In this document: positions 47,146-56,224 of the stretch, one piece after another
Layout: each line of letters starts with the position of its first letter
How positions within the stretch are numbered: position 1 is the stretch's first letter
IMG/VR virus record: IMGVR_UViG_3300032092_000031
Location: 1 to 60,054 of that record
Reading direction: 5' to 3' (one strand)
Source of the DNA: a virus
Lineage: Duplodnaviria > Caudoviricetes
Length of the DNA: 60,054 bases
The notes under the pieces: model-generated
Databases searched by the model: none
What the model saw: the letters and a program-made list of their open reading frames with translations, nothing else
Told to the model about the DNA's origin: nothing
Position numbers and translations under genes: made by a program

Positions 47146-47481
47146 ATGTCAAAAAGATTCGACATAATTAAATGGATGGATGAGCTTCCTGAGACAACTC
47201 AAAGAGGCCTGATATTCCAAACTCACGACCTAGACAGAGAATGGCTAGAGTTTACCGTGAGAGATAGCAATGTAACATACGAAGATTATGAGTTCCAGTT
47301 AGTAGATAATACCGATGATGATGGCCTCTTCTCCAAAAAGATGGAGGCCGTTCCTTTGGGTACTAAAAGATACAACGGGGATAAGGATATTAGAATGTAC
47401 ACATTCCACAACAATGAACCATTTGTATATGATGTAAAAATAGTGTTTGGGAAAGTAAAGCACGTAAGGAGGGTTAAATGA
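47146..47481 (+). CDS. Hypothetical protein
   Basis: 111 aa; FQT.DL motif. Confidence 0.65.
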   Translation: MSKRFDIIKWMDELPETTQRGLIFQTHDLDREWLEFTVRDSNVTYEDYEFQLVDNTDDDGLFSKKMEAVPLGTKRYNGDKDIRMYTFHNNEPFVYDVKIVFGKVKHVRRVK

Positions 47482-47714
47482 GTCGCCTCAAATATATAAA
47501 CAAAAGCAAATTACAAAAATCATTCCCAAGTTTAGCAGAGCAGTTAGAAGAAATACCTAAAAACCATAAGTCACACTTCTACTGGTTCTTTGCCAACTAT
47601 TCAGGGAAGTATAAAGATGTGAAGGGTAAACCAAGAACAGTATCCATAGGGGCTGTATTAGATGTATTCGACCAACTAGGATACGATATTCAAATCAATG
47701 TAACAAAAAAGTAA
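47478..47714 (+). CDS. Hypothetical protein, possible HTH
   Basis: 78 aa; C-terminal VLDVFDQLGYDIQI. Confidence 0.55.
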   Translation: MSRLKYINKSKLQKSFPSLAEQLEEIPKNHKSHFYWFFANYSGKYKDVKGKPRTVSIGAVLDVFDQLGYDIQINVTKK

Positions 47715-47725
47715 ACCAAAAGCAA

Positions 47726-47995
47726 ATGTCACAAACCAATTACATTAATGGCATCAAATTTGCCAAGTCTAGTCAGTATGGCGTTAAGTTCCTTATTGAT
47801 GTTAAGTTGTTAACAGAAGAGTTAACTAAACTTCAAGATGAGAAGGGCTCTGTAAAAGTTGAATTAAAGAATAGAAAGAGTCCGGATAAGTTCGGCTCTA
47901 ACATGTTCGCTGTTCAAGATACATGGGTTCCAACAAAGTCTGCAACTCAGGAAAGAGTTCCTGTTAAGGAAGCAGATGACGACCTACCATTCTAG
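47726..47995 (+). CDS. ssb: Single-stranded DNA-binding protein
   Basis: 89 aa with acidic DDDLPF tail; near annealase/exonuclease/primase. Confidence 0.7.
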   Translation: MSQTNYINGIKFAKSSQYGVKFLIDVKLLTEELTKLQDEKGSVKVELKNRKSPDKFGSNMFAVQDTWVPTKSATQERVPVKEADDDLPF

Positions 47996-48007
47996 AAAAA
48001 AGACCAC

Positions 48008-48083
48008 ACTAGGTGCAGTAAATAATCAATGTAAATTAATTAAATTATTAATCGCGAATTATTTAATGGGAACTGCATCTAGT
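48008..48083 (+). other. Long-range inverted repeat/hairpin
   Basis: ACTAGGTGCAGT (48008-48019) pairs with ACTGCATCTAGT (48072-48083), one G-U; AT-rich interior. Confidence 0.6.
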
Positions 48084-48088
48084 TGGCA

Positions 48089-48156
48089 ATCCGGTTAGTT
48101 TAATTGGTAAAACTATTCGTACGGATAAGATATTGGTTCGATTCCAATACCGGATT
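48089..48156 (+). tRNA. tRNA-like element / pseudo-tRNA with truncated anticodon arm
   Basis: Acceptor ATCCGGT/ACCGGAT, TA, D arm GTTT-AATTGGTA-AAAC, TATTC-GTAC-GGATA, T arm ATTGG-TTCGATT-CCAAT; no CCA. Confidence 0.65.
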
Positions 48157-48172
48157 CTCTCAACTTTAAGCT

Positions 48173-49975
48173 ATGAACGTCACAGTATTCAAACATTACT
48201 CGGATGTAGGTAATCCAATTTACACATCCGTGGATAACGTATTACATTCCATCAAGACAGGTGGTAAGAATTTAGAACTTATAAATAAGATTAGGAACTC
48301 GGAAGACAAATCCGAGAGAACAGAACTCAAAAAGGAGTTACCGTGTGTATGTTTCGCAGGAGAGTTTAGAAGACCGATAGCTGACTCTGGAAGAGAGTCG
48401 TACAGAAACGATAGGTCGCTTACAAAACACAGCTCATTAGTTCCTATTGATGTTGATTCCATAGACAATGTAGAAGAGTTAAAGGAGGCATTAATGCACG
48501 AGCCTTATGTATACGCATTGTGGACATCATCATCAGGTAGAGGGCTTCATGGTCTAGTTAGAATATCTGACGGCAATAAACATAGAGAGCATTATAGAGC
48601 ACTATGTAAGAAGTTTCCATTCCTAGATACTACTGCACAAAACGAGAGTCGTATTTTATTCCTATCGTATGACCCCGACATTTACATCAATGAGATTGCT
48701 GTTCCTTTTTACGAACTAGAACAAGAAGAGGCTGTTTTTTTTGGAGACGCAATAAACTTGTCGCAAATATCTACTGATTACAGAAAGCTAGATGTAGCTG
48801 CTCGTATGATTAGGAAGGCTCCTGATGGGGAAAAGCATAAAGTTTTATTGTCTGCATCAAATCTTATGGGTGGATATGTTTCTGCCGGAATCATGGAGTA
48901 TGATGTGGCTAGGGAAACATTGATACACGAGATTTCAAAAAGAAATGTAGATGATATATCGTTAGCAAAGAAAACTATTGAAGACGGTTTAAGATTCGGT
49001 ATGACAAGACCTTTAACAGAGGTTAATTCTGAACTGTTAAATGTAGAGCATGACCTTGGTATTATAGACCAAGAGTTATCGTTTCTTTCAGATAACATAG
49101 CTGATGAAGATTACATCTACAAGTTTAAGCATGGCATGATTCCTATGGGTATGCCTTATGGGTATAAAGACCTAGATGAACATTTGCTTCTAAAAGAAGG
49201 AGAGTTCTATGGAATACTTTCTCACGCTAATACCGGAAAGACAACTATCAACTTATGGTTAGCTTTTCTTGCTGCACACAAATACGATTGGGGTTGGTTT
49301 ATATTCTCAGGAGAGAACAAGACCGCATCAATAAAGATGAGGCTAATAGAATATTATACAGGGTACAAGATTAAAGATGTGCCCCAAGATATTTTTGAAG
49401 TCGCTATGAAGTGGGTAAATGATAGATTTTTTATTATGAATAATCTAGATATGGTAACATATAAAGACATATTAAATAACGTCATCACCACAGCTAAATA
49501 TCGTTCAATAAAAGGATTGCTTATAGACCCATACAACTCACTAAGTATGGAGTTAGGTAGAGCAACACAATATGATTACAATGTTAGAGCGTACTCTGAA
49601 ATATTATTATTCACTAAGAAGCATAACATCAGCACATTCCTATCTGTTCATACTAATACTAATGCACAAAGGACTGTTGACAAAGATGGTAACCAACTTC
49701 CACCAAGGGCAGCAGATGCTGAAGGTGGCTCTGTCTTAATGAATAAGACGGACAACTTTATAACTATTCATAGAAATATATATGATGCAGCCACGTGGAT
49801 GAACACGGAAATCTATGTTCACAAGATTAGAAACAAAGACACTGGCGGTAATCCTACGCAGTCGAAGAATCCTATCATCTTAAAGTTAAGAGGTGGAGTT
49901 GAGTTCGTTGACTTGTATGGAGATACGCCTATTAAAAGAATTCCTAAACCAACATCAAAAAATATTCCGTTCTAA
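48173..49975 (+). CDS. Primase-helicase: BT4734-like N-terminal primase domain + DnaB-like helicase
   Basis: LKKELPCVCFAG.F, IDVD, S.SGRGLHGLV, LFLSYDP (BT4734-like); HANTGKT, FSGEN, LIDPYN, SVH, K.R (SF4 helicase). Confidence 0.82.
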   Translation: MNVTVFKHYSDVGNPIYTSVDNVLHSIKTGGKNLELINKIRNSEDKSERTELKKELPCVCFAGEFRRPIADSGRESYRNDRSLTKHSSLVPIDVDSIDNVEELKEALMHEPYVYALWTSSSGRGLHGLVRISDGNKHREHYRALCKKFPFLDTTAQNESRILFLSYDPDIYINEIAVPFYELEQEEAVFFGDAINLSQISTDYRKLDVAARMIRKAPDGEKHKVLLSASNLMGGYVSAGIMEYDVARETLIHEISKRNVDDISLAKKTIEDGLRFGMTRPLTEVNSELLNVEHDLGIIDQELSFLSDNIADEDYIYKFKHGMIPMGMPYGYKDLDEHLLLKEGEFYGILSHANTGKTTINLWLAFLAAHKYDWGWFIFSGENKTASIKMRLIEYYTGYKIKDVPQDIFEVAMKWVNDRFFIMNNLDMVTYKDILNNVITTAKYRSIKGLLIDPYNSLSMELGRATQYDYNVRAYSEILLFTKKHNISTFLSVHTNTNAQRTVDKDGNQLPPRAADAEGGSVLMNKTDNFITIHRNIYDAATWMNTEIYVHKIRNKDTGGNPTQSKNPIILKLRGGVEFVDLYGDTPIKRIPKPTSKNIPF

Positions 49976-49977
49976 GT

Positions 49978-50232
49978 ATGAAGGTAAGTATTGAAAATAT
50001 TTTTGAGAGCACGCCCATTGCTCTATATGATTTAACACTTCCAATAGAGGAGAGAGCAAAGAATAAAATAGTATTTAAGAGAGTAACTGATTGCTTAAAG
50101 TTCCTAGGAGCAAGTCAAGGAAAGTTCTCTTACTCAAAACTAAGAGGCAATGGCAAGATAACAGATAGGAATGGTAAGCCTTACGCAATAAGGCATATTG
50201 ATTACGAGAAGTATTTAAAAGAACAGAAATGA
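49978..50232 (+). CDS. Small DNA-binding protein (NUMOD1-like, tentative)
   Basis: IALYDL...FKRVTDCLKFLG pattern. Confidence 0.45.
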   Translation: MKVSIENIFESTPIALYDLTLPIEERAKNKIVFKRVTDCLKFLGASQGKFSYSKLRGNGKITDRNGKPYAIRHIDYEKYLKEQK

Positions 50233-50591
50233 AATACTCATCTAGCTTTACGCACGACATAGACTTTGGAACTGTTGGAGAAGATTGGGTAAATGATATA
50301 TTTACTAGCGGTAAGAAGGTAGAAGTAAAGACCGACAGGATAGCACACAAGACAGGCAACGTATTTATAGAATACGAGTCAAGGGGTAAGCCTTCGGGAA
50401 TATCTACATCTGATGCTCATTATTGGATATACATCATAGATGAATCCAAATCAGCCATTATACTAGATGTTAATATCCTTAAAGACAAACTAAGACAGTT
50501 TCATAAGGAAGGAAGATATTTAATGAATGGAGGAGATAATGATACGTCTAAAGGTTTTCTAGTTCCTATAATAGAATTTTTTAAACTATGA
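50229..50591 (+). CDS. PD-(D/E)XK-like phage nuclease
   Basis: VEVKTD...TGNVFIEY...GKPSGI.TS.A.YW. Confidence 0.65.
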   Translation: MKYSSSFTHDIDFGTVGEDWVNDIFTSGKKVEVKTDRIAHKTGNVFIEYESRGKPSGISTSDAHYWIYIIDESKSAIILDVNILKDKLRQFHKEGRYLMNGGDNDTSKGFLVPIIEFFKL

Positions 50592-51112
50592 GTATAACTC
50601 CTAAGAAAAAGATATGCGTATCGTGTGGGGCATTAGACTATTACTTCTCTAAAAAGATGTGCAAGCGTTGTGCATATATAAACAAAACGCCAAAGGTTAG
50701 CAAAAAAGAAACTCAAACAAGCTCCTCTAATCTTATAGAGGATTTAGATTCTGTATTTAGTCAGTACATAAGATGCAAGTATGCTAACAGCGATGGAATG
50801 GTTGAGTGTTATACTTCGGGTAAGCTAATGAGGTGGCAAGATGCTCAATGCGGACACTTCATAAGTAGAAAACAATTAGCAACAAGATGGCTGCCTCAAA
50901 ATTGTAGACCTCAATCTGAATACGATAATTGTTTTCTTTCAGGAAACATTCATGTGTATAGAGTTAAACTCGAAGAAGAACAACCTGGTATCGTTGAGTA
51001 TCTAGAAGAGCAAGCTAGGTCTATTTATAAACCTAGTGTAGAAGACTTGAAAGAAATGATTCACGAGTATAGATATAAATTAAACCTAATTAAAACAAAA
51101 TTTAACAAATGA
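50588..51112 (+). CDS. NinG/Rap-like endonuclease
   Basis: LDSVFSQYIR, CYTSG, QCGHFISR, RW...NC.PQ...N. Confidence 0.75.
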   Translation: MSITPKKKICVSCGALDYYFSKKMCKRCAYINKTPKVSKKETQTSSSNLIEDLDSVFSQYIRCKYANSDGMVECYTSGKLMRWQDAQCGHFISRKQLATRWLPQNCRPQSEYDNCFLSGNIHVYRVKLEEEQPGIVEYLEEQARSIYKPSVEDLKEMIHEYRYKLNLIKTKFNK

Positions 51113-51510
51113 GAGAGATTTTCAAAGACGAATTATTGAATAGAAAGTTTGAATCAACCATTAGCAACTACGAAGCTATTCGTAAGGTCTTATCTAACAA
51201 AGTGGATATGGACAACCCTGCGGCTGTACTAAGGCAAATGGAGAGTATTCAGTCCGTTCAGGCTCTAGCTGCCCACACAAAAGCATCTTTGACATATTTA
51301 TGCAACAAATATGCACTACAAAAGCTACCTTTGTTAGACCAAGAGAGTGGAAAGAACGCAAATGAGAAGAAGTATATACTCAATGCAGAGATGGGAGATG
51401 TTCTTTTTTATGATGAAGTAATGGAACTTTTAATCAAAGAGATGCACTATCAGGTAGAGATACTTAGAAGTATCTTATCTTATTTGAAAACCGAAATGGA
51501 AAAATTATAA
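51109..51510 (+). CDS. Hypothetical helical protein
   Basis: 133 aa ending LRSILSYLK.E. Confidence 0.65.
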   Translation: MREIFKDELLNRKFESTISNYEAIRKVLSNKVDMDNPAAVLRQMESIQSVQALAAHTKASLTYLCNKYALQKLPLLDQESGKNANEKKYILNAEMGDVLFYDEVMELLIKEMHYQVEILRSILSYLKTEMEKL

Positions 51511-51511
51511 T

Positions 51512-51781
51512 ATGAAAGGAAAAACACAAGAGTTCTACGACAAGAACCCTGAAGCTAAAAAGAAAAAGGCTGACTACGACAAGGCTTTCAATAAAAAGAA
51601 AGAGCAAGTAGAGAAGCGTACAGAACTTAATAAGGCCAATAGAAAAGCCGGCACCTATGGTAACGGAGATAAGAAAGATATGGCTCATACCAAGTCAGGC
51701 TTAAAGGTTAAGTCAGAATCAGCTAACCGTGGCTCAAAGTCAGACCAACCTGGAGACAAAAGAGCTAGAGGTAAGAAATGA
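51512..51781 (+). CDS. Small basic HNH-like protein
   Basis: K/R-rich; GD.KD.AH...S.NR pattern. Confidence 0.55.
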   Translation: MKGKTQEFYDKNPEAKKKKADYDKAFNKKKEQVEKRTELNKANRKAGTYGNGDKKDMAHTKSGLKVKSESANRGSKSDQPGDKRARGKK

Positions 51782-52188
51782 TAAAAAAGGTGCACAAGCA
51801 TGGACTTAAATTTGATTCTAAACTAGAGCTCTACATGTACGAGCTACTTGTTAAAAGTAAGTTAAGATTCGAGTTTCAAGTAGAATATGTACTCTTTGAC
51901 AAAATAAAATACAATAGTGAGACGTTAAGGAAAATGACTTTAACAGTCGACTTTGTAGTGTATCCAAAAGACTTTCCAGTCATCGTTGATACCAAAGGTT
52001 TTTTTAGACCCGAGAATAAATTAAGATGGAAGTTATTTAAATACTTCTTGTCTTCTAGGGAAGAGTTCACTCCGGAGATATTCTTCCCTTCATCTCAAAC
52101 AGAATGCATAGAGCTAATAGCCAAGCTAAAAGCCAATGACCTATCTGCTGTAAAGAAAAGTGCGAAAAGGGGTAGGATAAAAAACTAA
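51778..52188 (+). CDS. DUF1064-like PD-(D/E)XK endonuclease
   Basis: FDSKLE, FQ..Y.L, VDF, DTKG. Confidence 0.7.
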   Translation: MIKKVHKHGLKFDSKLELYMYELLVKSKLRFEFQVEYVLFDKIKYNSETLRKMTLTVDFVVYPKDFPVIVDTKGFFRPENKLRWKLFKYFLSSREEFTPEIFFPSSQTECIELIAKLKANDLSAVKKSAKRGRIKN

Positions 52189-52209
52189 ACCCAATAAAGC
52201 AAATAAACA

Positions 52210-53250
52210 ATGAACAAAGAAATCAGACCTCGCATTACGCAAGAGGAATTCGAGATTCTAAAAGACATTAGAACTAGACATGAAGCCCTATCTAACGAGT
52301 GCGAGTTAAACGGAATCCCCATACAAGATGTAAAACATTATTGGTTCAAGGGAGACCACTTCTCTATTAACGTAGCAAACAGAGGTAAGGGTTATATGGA
52401 AGTTAGAGACGAGATTATCGACTCTATGAACAAGTATTCTCCTCAGTATAAATACCCAACAAGAGACAGAGTTCTAAAACAAGACGACTACCATTTGTTA
52501 GTTGTTGACCCAGCAGATATTCACATAGGTAAATTATCTAGTGCATTTGAGACAGGAGAAGATTATAACGTAGATATAGCTGTAAAAAGAGTTATGGAAG
52601 GTGTCTATGGAATCATAGAGAAGTCTAGTGGTTTCAAAAAAGATAGAATCCTTTACGTAATAGGTAATGATATTTTACACGTAGATACTCCAAAGAGACA
52701 AACTACATCAGGTACTCCACAGGATACAGATGGTATGTGGTACGATAACTTCTTGATTGCAAAGCAAATGCACATAGAAATCATAGAAGTTCTTAGAGAG
52801 ATTGCTGACGTGTACGTTCAGTATGACCCATCAAATCACGACTATACTAATGGCTTTTTCCTGGCGGATACGATAAACAGTTGGTTCTCGAAAGATAAGG
52901 CTGTTGTATTCAACTGCTCAATAGCTCACAGAAAGTATTTCAGATACCACAATAACCTAATAGGTACAACTCACGGAGACGGAGCAAAAGAATCTGATTT
53001 ACCTATGCTAATGGCTCATGAGGCCGGATTAGATTGGTCAGAGTGTAAGCATAAGTATTTTTATGTACACCACCTGCATCATAAACGCTCTAAGGATTAT
53101 ATGGGTGTTAATGTTGAGACCTTAAGAAGTCCATCAGGAGCGGATAGTTGGCATTCTAGGAACGGTTATGTCCATGCACCTAAAGCTATCGAAGGATTTT
53201 TACACAATAAAATACACGGGCAAATCGCAAGATTTTGCCATATATTTTAA
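52210..53250 (+). CDS. Calcineurin-like metallophosphoesterase
   Basis: DIHIG, GND, SNHD, HGD, HHLHH motifs. Confidence 0.8.
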   Translation: MNKEIRPRITQEEFEILKDIRTRHEALSNECELNGIPIQDVKHYWFKGDHFSINVANRGKGYMEVRDEIIDSMNKYSPQYKYPTRDRVLKQDDYHLLVVDPADIHIGKLSSAFETGEDYNVDIAVKRVMEGVYGIIEKSSGFKKDRILYVIGNDILHVDTPKRQTTSGTPQDTDGMWYDNFLIAKQMHIEIIEVLREIADVYVQYDPSNHDYTNGFFLADTINSWFSKDKAVVFNCSIAHRKYFRYHNNLIGTTHGDGAKESDLPMLMAHEAGLDWSECKHKYFYVHHLHHKRSKDYMGVNVETLRSPSGADSWHSRNGYVHAPKAIEGFLHNKIHGQIARFCHIF

Positions 53251-53453
53251 TTCATAAGAATAGTCTTGATAAGGAACGGGTCATTTTCAGGGCTCGTTCC
53301 ATATTTTGTTATAGACACTGAGCCGGCTAGTTCCGCCATGTCTAAAACCTCATCTAAGTCATCAGATTTAGATATAATAAACGATTTAACAACAATCTTT
53401 TCAGAGTCGTCAATTTCGCCTTCCATGATTAGATTATATGTTCTATATTGCAT
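53247..53453 (-). CDS. Hypothetical protein (counter-oriented)
   Basis: 68 aa with ATG start; its stop overlaps the convergent stop of the phosphoesterase gene. Confidence 0.45.
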   Translation of the reverse strand: MQYRTYNLIMEGEIDDSEKIVVKSFIISKSDDLDEVLDMAELAGSVSITKYGTSPENDPFLIKTILMN

Positions 53454-53471
53454 CCCTAAATATTTAATAAA

Positions 53472-53648
53472 ATGATACCACTTTACGAATCAGTGCAAGA
53501 TAATGAAAGAGTAGAACTTCTAACTTCAGAGATAAACAAACTAACAGAAATGCTAGAATCAAGGATTAAGGAAAGAAGAAAGCTGGTATATAAGTACGAT
53601 AACACGAAGATAGACTTCTCTAAAAAAGAAAAGCCTAGCAAAAGCTAG
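53472..53648 (+). CDS. 58-aa coiled-coil protein, last gene of plus arm
   Basis: Read by hand: MIPLYESVQDNERVELLTSEINKLTEMLESRIKERRKLVYKYDNTKIDFSKKEKPSKS. Confidence 0.55.
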   Translation: MIPLYESVQDNERVELLTSEINKLTEMLESRIKERRKLVYKYDNTKIDFSKKEKPSKS

Positions 53649-53653
53649 GCTCT
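53622..53653. terminator. Terminator at convergence of the two arms
   Basis: AGCCTAGC-AAAA-GCTAGGCT hairpin with an A-tract on its left (U-tract for the minus strand). Confidence 0.7.
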
Positions 53654-53666
53654 ATACTTTAAGATA

Positions 53667-54071
53667 TTAATCTTCTTCAGGCTCTTCTGGCTTAGGATTA
53701 ACTCCTACAACCCATCCGTGAAGGAAATGCATATCTGCAATGTCTTCCACTGTTGCAACTCTAACAGATTCAAAATCAAACTCTTCTTTTAATAGAACCT
53801 TGATAGCGTCTGTTCTTTTCTTTTGGTCTTCTTTCTTGTACTTATATCCACCTTTTTCGTCTAGCAATAAAACGTCTTTATCGTCTGTTGCAGCGAAATC
53901 TAGGTTGATATCTCCTAGCTTCTCATTGTACTCTTCAATGTGCTTATCTAATCTTTTGTTGAATTTTTCAATGGCTTTTCTAGCCTTGGTTCCTTCAGAT
54001 AAGTTCTTAATAACTAGAGAAACTCCATAATTTACATTAAGTAAATCTTCGTAGCTTTTTTTTACGGTCAT
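53667..54071 (-). CDS. Hypothetical protein (fibre-assembly-like, tentative)
   Basis: 134 aa; -7 element TATATTTG at 54092-54099. Confidence 0.6.
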   Translation of the reverse strand: MTVKKSYEDLLNVNYGVSLVIKNLSEGTKARKAIEKFNKRLDKHIEEYNEKLGDINLDFAATDDKDVLLLDEKGGYKYKKEDQKKRTDAIKVLLKEEFDFESVRVATVEDIADMHFLHGWVVGVNPKPEEPEED

Positions 54072-54099
54072 TTTGCTTTTATTTTAGATTACAAATATA

Positions 54100-54498
54100 C
54101 TATTTTAATACAAATAATGTTGCTAAAATACCAAAAATTAAATAAACCCACTTCACTTTTTGCTGAATGGCTAGTTTCTTATTGGTCTTTTTTAACTCCA
54201 TGCTCTTTCTAGACAGTTCACTATCATAGATTGCTTCCTTCATCTCTTGATTTAAGCCTATTTTCTTATAGTTTTCTATCTGTAAGTCCTTATTAGCTAT
54301 AATGTCGTTTTTAAGCATCAAAATCGACGTTAAAGTGTCGTTGTGTTGCTTTATTCCATCTAACAACAAAAGGTCCTTAATGACCTTCTTTGCTACGTTT
54401 ATGTGGATTTTTACTGTATCGTTATTTGTAACGGTCTGTGAACCAGCTTTGGACAGAATCAATAGACATACTATTGACATAAGTAGTATCTTTTTCAT
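54100..54498 (-). CDS. Spanin-like lysis protein
   Basis: N-terminal signal, coiled coil, C-terminal TM; in lysis cassette. Confidence 0.5.
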   Translation of the reverse strand: MKKILLMSIVCLLILSKAGSQTVTNNDTVKIHINVAKKVIKDLLLLDGIKQHNDTLTSILMLKNDIIANKDLQIENYKKIGLNQEMKEAIYDSELSRKSMELKKTNKKLAIQQKVKWVYLIFGILATLFVLK

Positions 54499-54754
54499 AC
54501 TGAATATATATTTCTTTAACTGAATATTCTTTAGATAACACTTGCTTCTCTATTTCCTTGGACTCTAATTCTAGGGATTTTATCTCGATTTTAGCATTAT
54601 TTATGGTTGAATCGTACTTTGAAAGGTCTAATTTGAGTTCTTTTTGTGATTTTTTCACAAAAATTACCATTAAGATAAATACAACTGCAATTAGACTACC
54701 TAAGATTCTTTTTGGTGTCATAAATTTCCTCATGCTTTGCAGGGTATCTTTCAT
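54422..54754 (-). CDS. Spanin-like (N-terminal TM + coiled coil) protein
   Basis: TM then coiled coil; overlaps next gene. Confidence 0.5.
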   Translation of the reverse strand: MKDTLQSMRKFMTPKRILGSLIAVVFILMVIFVKKSQKELKLDLSKYDSTINNAKIEIKSLELESKEIEKQVLSKEYSVKEIYIQYEKDTTYVNSMSIDSVQSWFTDRYK

Positions 54755-54953
54755 ATAATGCTATTTTGCCTTTCAATTCTGTTATATCTCTTTCTGCTGT
54801 TGTTATCCTAACAGAGTATTCTCTGCTCTGACCTAGTAGTATCTTGATGTCAGACTTCATTTCTCTTATATCACTATAAAATATATAGCAGAATCCGCTC
54901 AGTAAAAGTGGCATCAGCCACGCTTTAACTTTATCTACTACATTGTCTTTCAT
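54696..54953 (-). CDS. Single-TM coiled-coil protein (holin/antiholin-like)
   Basis: 85 aa; -7 element at 54959-54966. Confidence 0.45.
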   Translation of the reverse strand: MKDNVVDKVKAWLMPLLLSGFCYIFYSDIREMKSDIKILLGQSREYSVRITTAERDITELKGKIALYERYPAKHEEIYDTKKNLR

Positions 54954-54986
54954 TAGTGCAAATATATGAAGGTATACGGATATATA

Positions 54987-55586
54987 TTAACTGAGTAATG
55001 AGTTGAATAGGCTGAACTTAGCTAATCTGTCCTCAAGCCCATGTGTACCACCATTTATACGCTTTGTAAGAGCTATTACGTCTTCTTTATCAGCTCCCCC
55101 ATCACAGATTTTCCATAGATTATTCTTCTCAAAGAAGAAAGCTGCAGACATTAATGGATACTTTGTAGCTATCAAATCAGGATTAGCCAGGATATCATCT
55201 TCTACAACCTTGTCGAATTGGCTGTAATTATCCTTGCCTGTAGTTTGTAGATATCCCCTTCCTCTAAACTTCCAACCATCTCCACTAGCTTCATCCCCGT
55301 TCCCCATTCTAGAAGCATATACTTTATTAGCTATTTTTTCAGGCTTTCTTTCATAAGCCTTAGCTGACACATCATCTTTAAAGTATTTCCCAAATATAGA
55401 ACGCAGTCCTTTTGAACCATAATTAAGGTTTTCAGTAACAGCCTTAAAGTTACCACTCTCGTGAGCACACTGAGATAGAAAGTGAGCTAACCTCAATGGC
55501 GTATTTATAGAGAACTTTTCCATCACTGATGGTATCTCTTCAAATACTTTTGCAGGAATCTTCGTTGATAATGCATCTAGCTTCAT
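54987..55586 (-). CDS. Endolysin, glycoside hydrolase family 19
   Basis: RLAHFLSQCAHES, ENLNY, FRGRGYLQ.TG..NY, TKRINGG..GL.DR. Confidence 0.92.
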   Translation of the reverse strand: MKLDALSTKIPAKVFEEIPSVMEKFSINTPLRLAHFLSQCAHESGNFKAVTENLNYGSKGLRSIFGKYFKDDVSAKAYERKPEKIANKVYASRMGNGDEASGDGWKFRGRGYLQTTGKDNYSQFDKVVEDDILANPDLIATKYPLMSAAFFFEKNNLWKICDGGADKEDVIALTKRINGGTHGLEDRLAKFSLFNSLLS

Positions 55587-55846
55587 TATTCTTCTGTTTT
55601 ACCTTGTTTAAAACCTTTTATAAGGCCCGTAACTGATTCAACAGTTGTAAGTCCAAGAGAAACCATTACTAATGCAGTAGTTGCCCATACAAGCGATTCT
55701 GCAGGGGCTACATGAGTCTCTGACTTAGAATTGGTATAAAGGGTCCAATAAAGAAAACCGGCCCCTATTATGCCTACTAATCTCTTGCTAGAATTATTGC
55801 TTTCTGAGGAGAAAAATCCCCCCATCCAATTAAACAGTTTCTTCAT
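55586..55846 (-). CDS. Holin
   Basis: 86 aa, SSKRL motif, two TM helices, immediately upstream of the endolysin. Confidence 0.7.
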   Translation of the reverse strand: MKKLFNWMGGFFSSESNNSSKRLVGIIGAGFLYWTLYTNSKSETHVAPAESLVWATTALVMVSLGLTTVESVTGLIKGFKQGKTEE

Positions 55847-56222
55847 TTTCTAAAGTTGTAGTTGGTTCTTCAAATACAGGTACTTCTGTTGGTGTAGATA
55901 CCCAAGGTAACTTTGGAGAAATAATCGGAGGATTAATTAGATTAGCAATTTGAGAATCTAAATTAGCATCCAATGACTCCATGTCCATTGAGTTTTCTAA
56001 CCAGCCACATACGATTTCAAACGTTAGGTCCTCGTAAGGAATAAAGTTTGTTACGTTTTCAGCGCTGAATGACTGAGCACCATACACATCTGCATTGTAC
56101 TCTTTTTCTCCTACTACTTCATGAGCCTGTCTGCGCCAATGGCAAACTACCACGAAGTCTTTTAAGTCGCCATCTTGAGGCAAACAATCTAATTGGGATA
56201 CGACCCAGTTCTTAGTACTCAT
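55830..56222 (-). CDS. Tail-fibre-associated protein
   Basis: V..CHW, FIPYEDLT.E.V.GW, LPW motifs; directly after the fibre gene. Confidence 0.6.
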   Translation of the reverse strand: MSTKNWVVSQLDCLPQDGDLKDFVVVCHWRRQAHEVVGEKEYNADVYGAQSFSAENVTNFIPYEDLTFEIVCGWLENSMDMESLDANLDSQIANLINPPIISPKLPWVSTPTEVPVFEEPTTTLENEETV

Positions 56223-56224
56223 TC

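Noticed and set aside
35335-52070. Minus-strand ORFs inside the early arm (e.g. 36063, 37277, 38929, 44189, 48778)
   Set aside because: Fully overlap well-supported plus-strand genes
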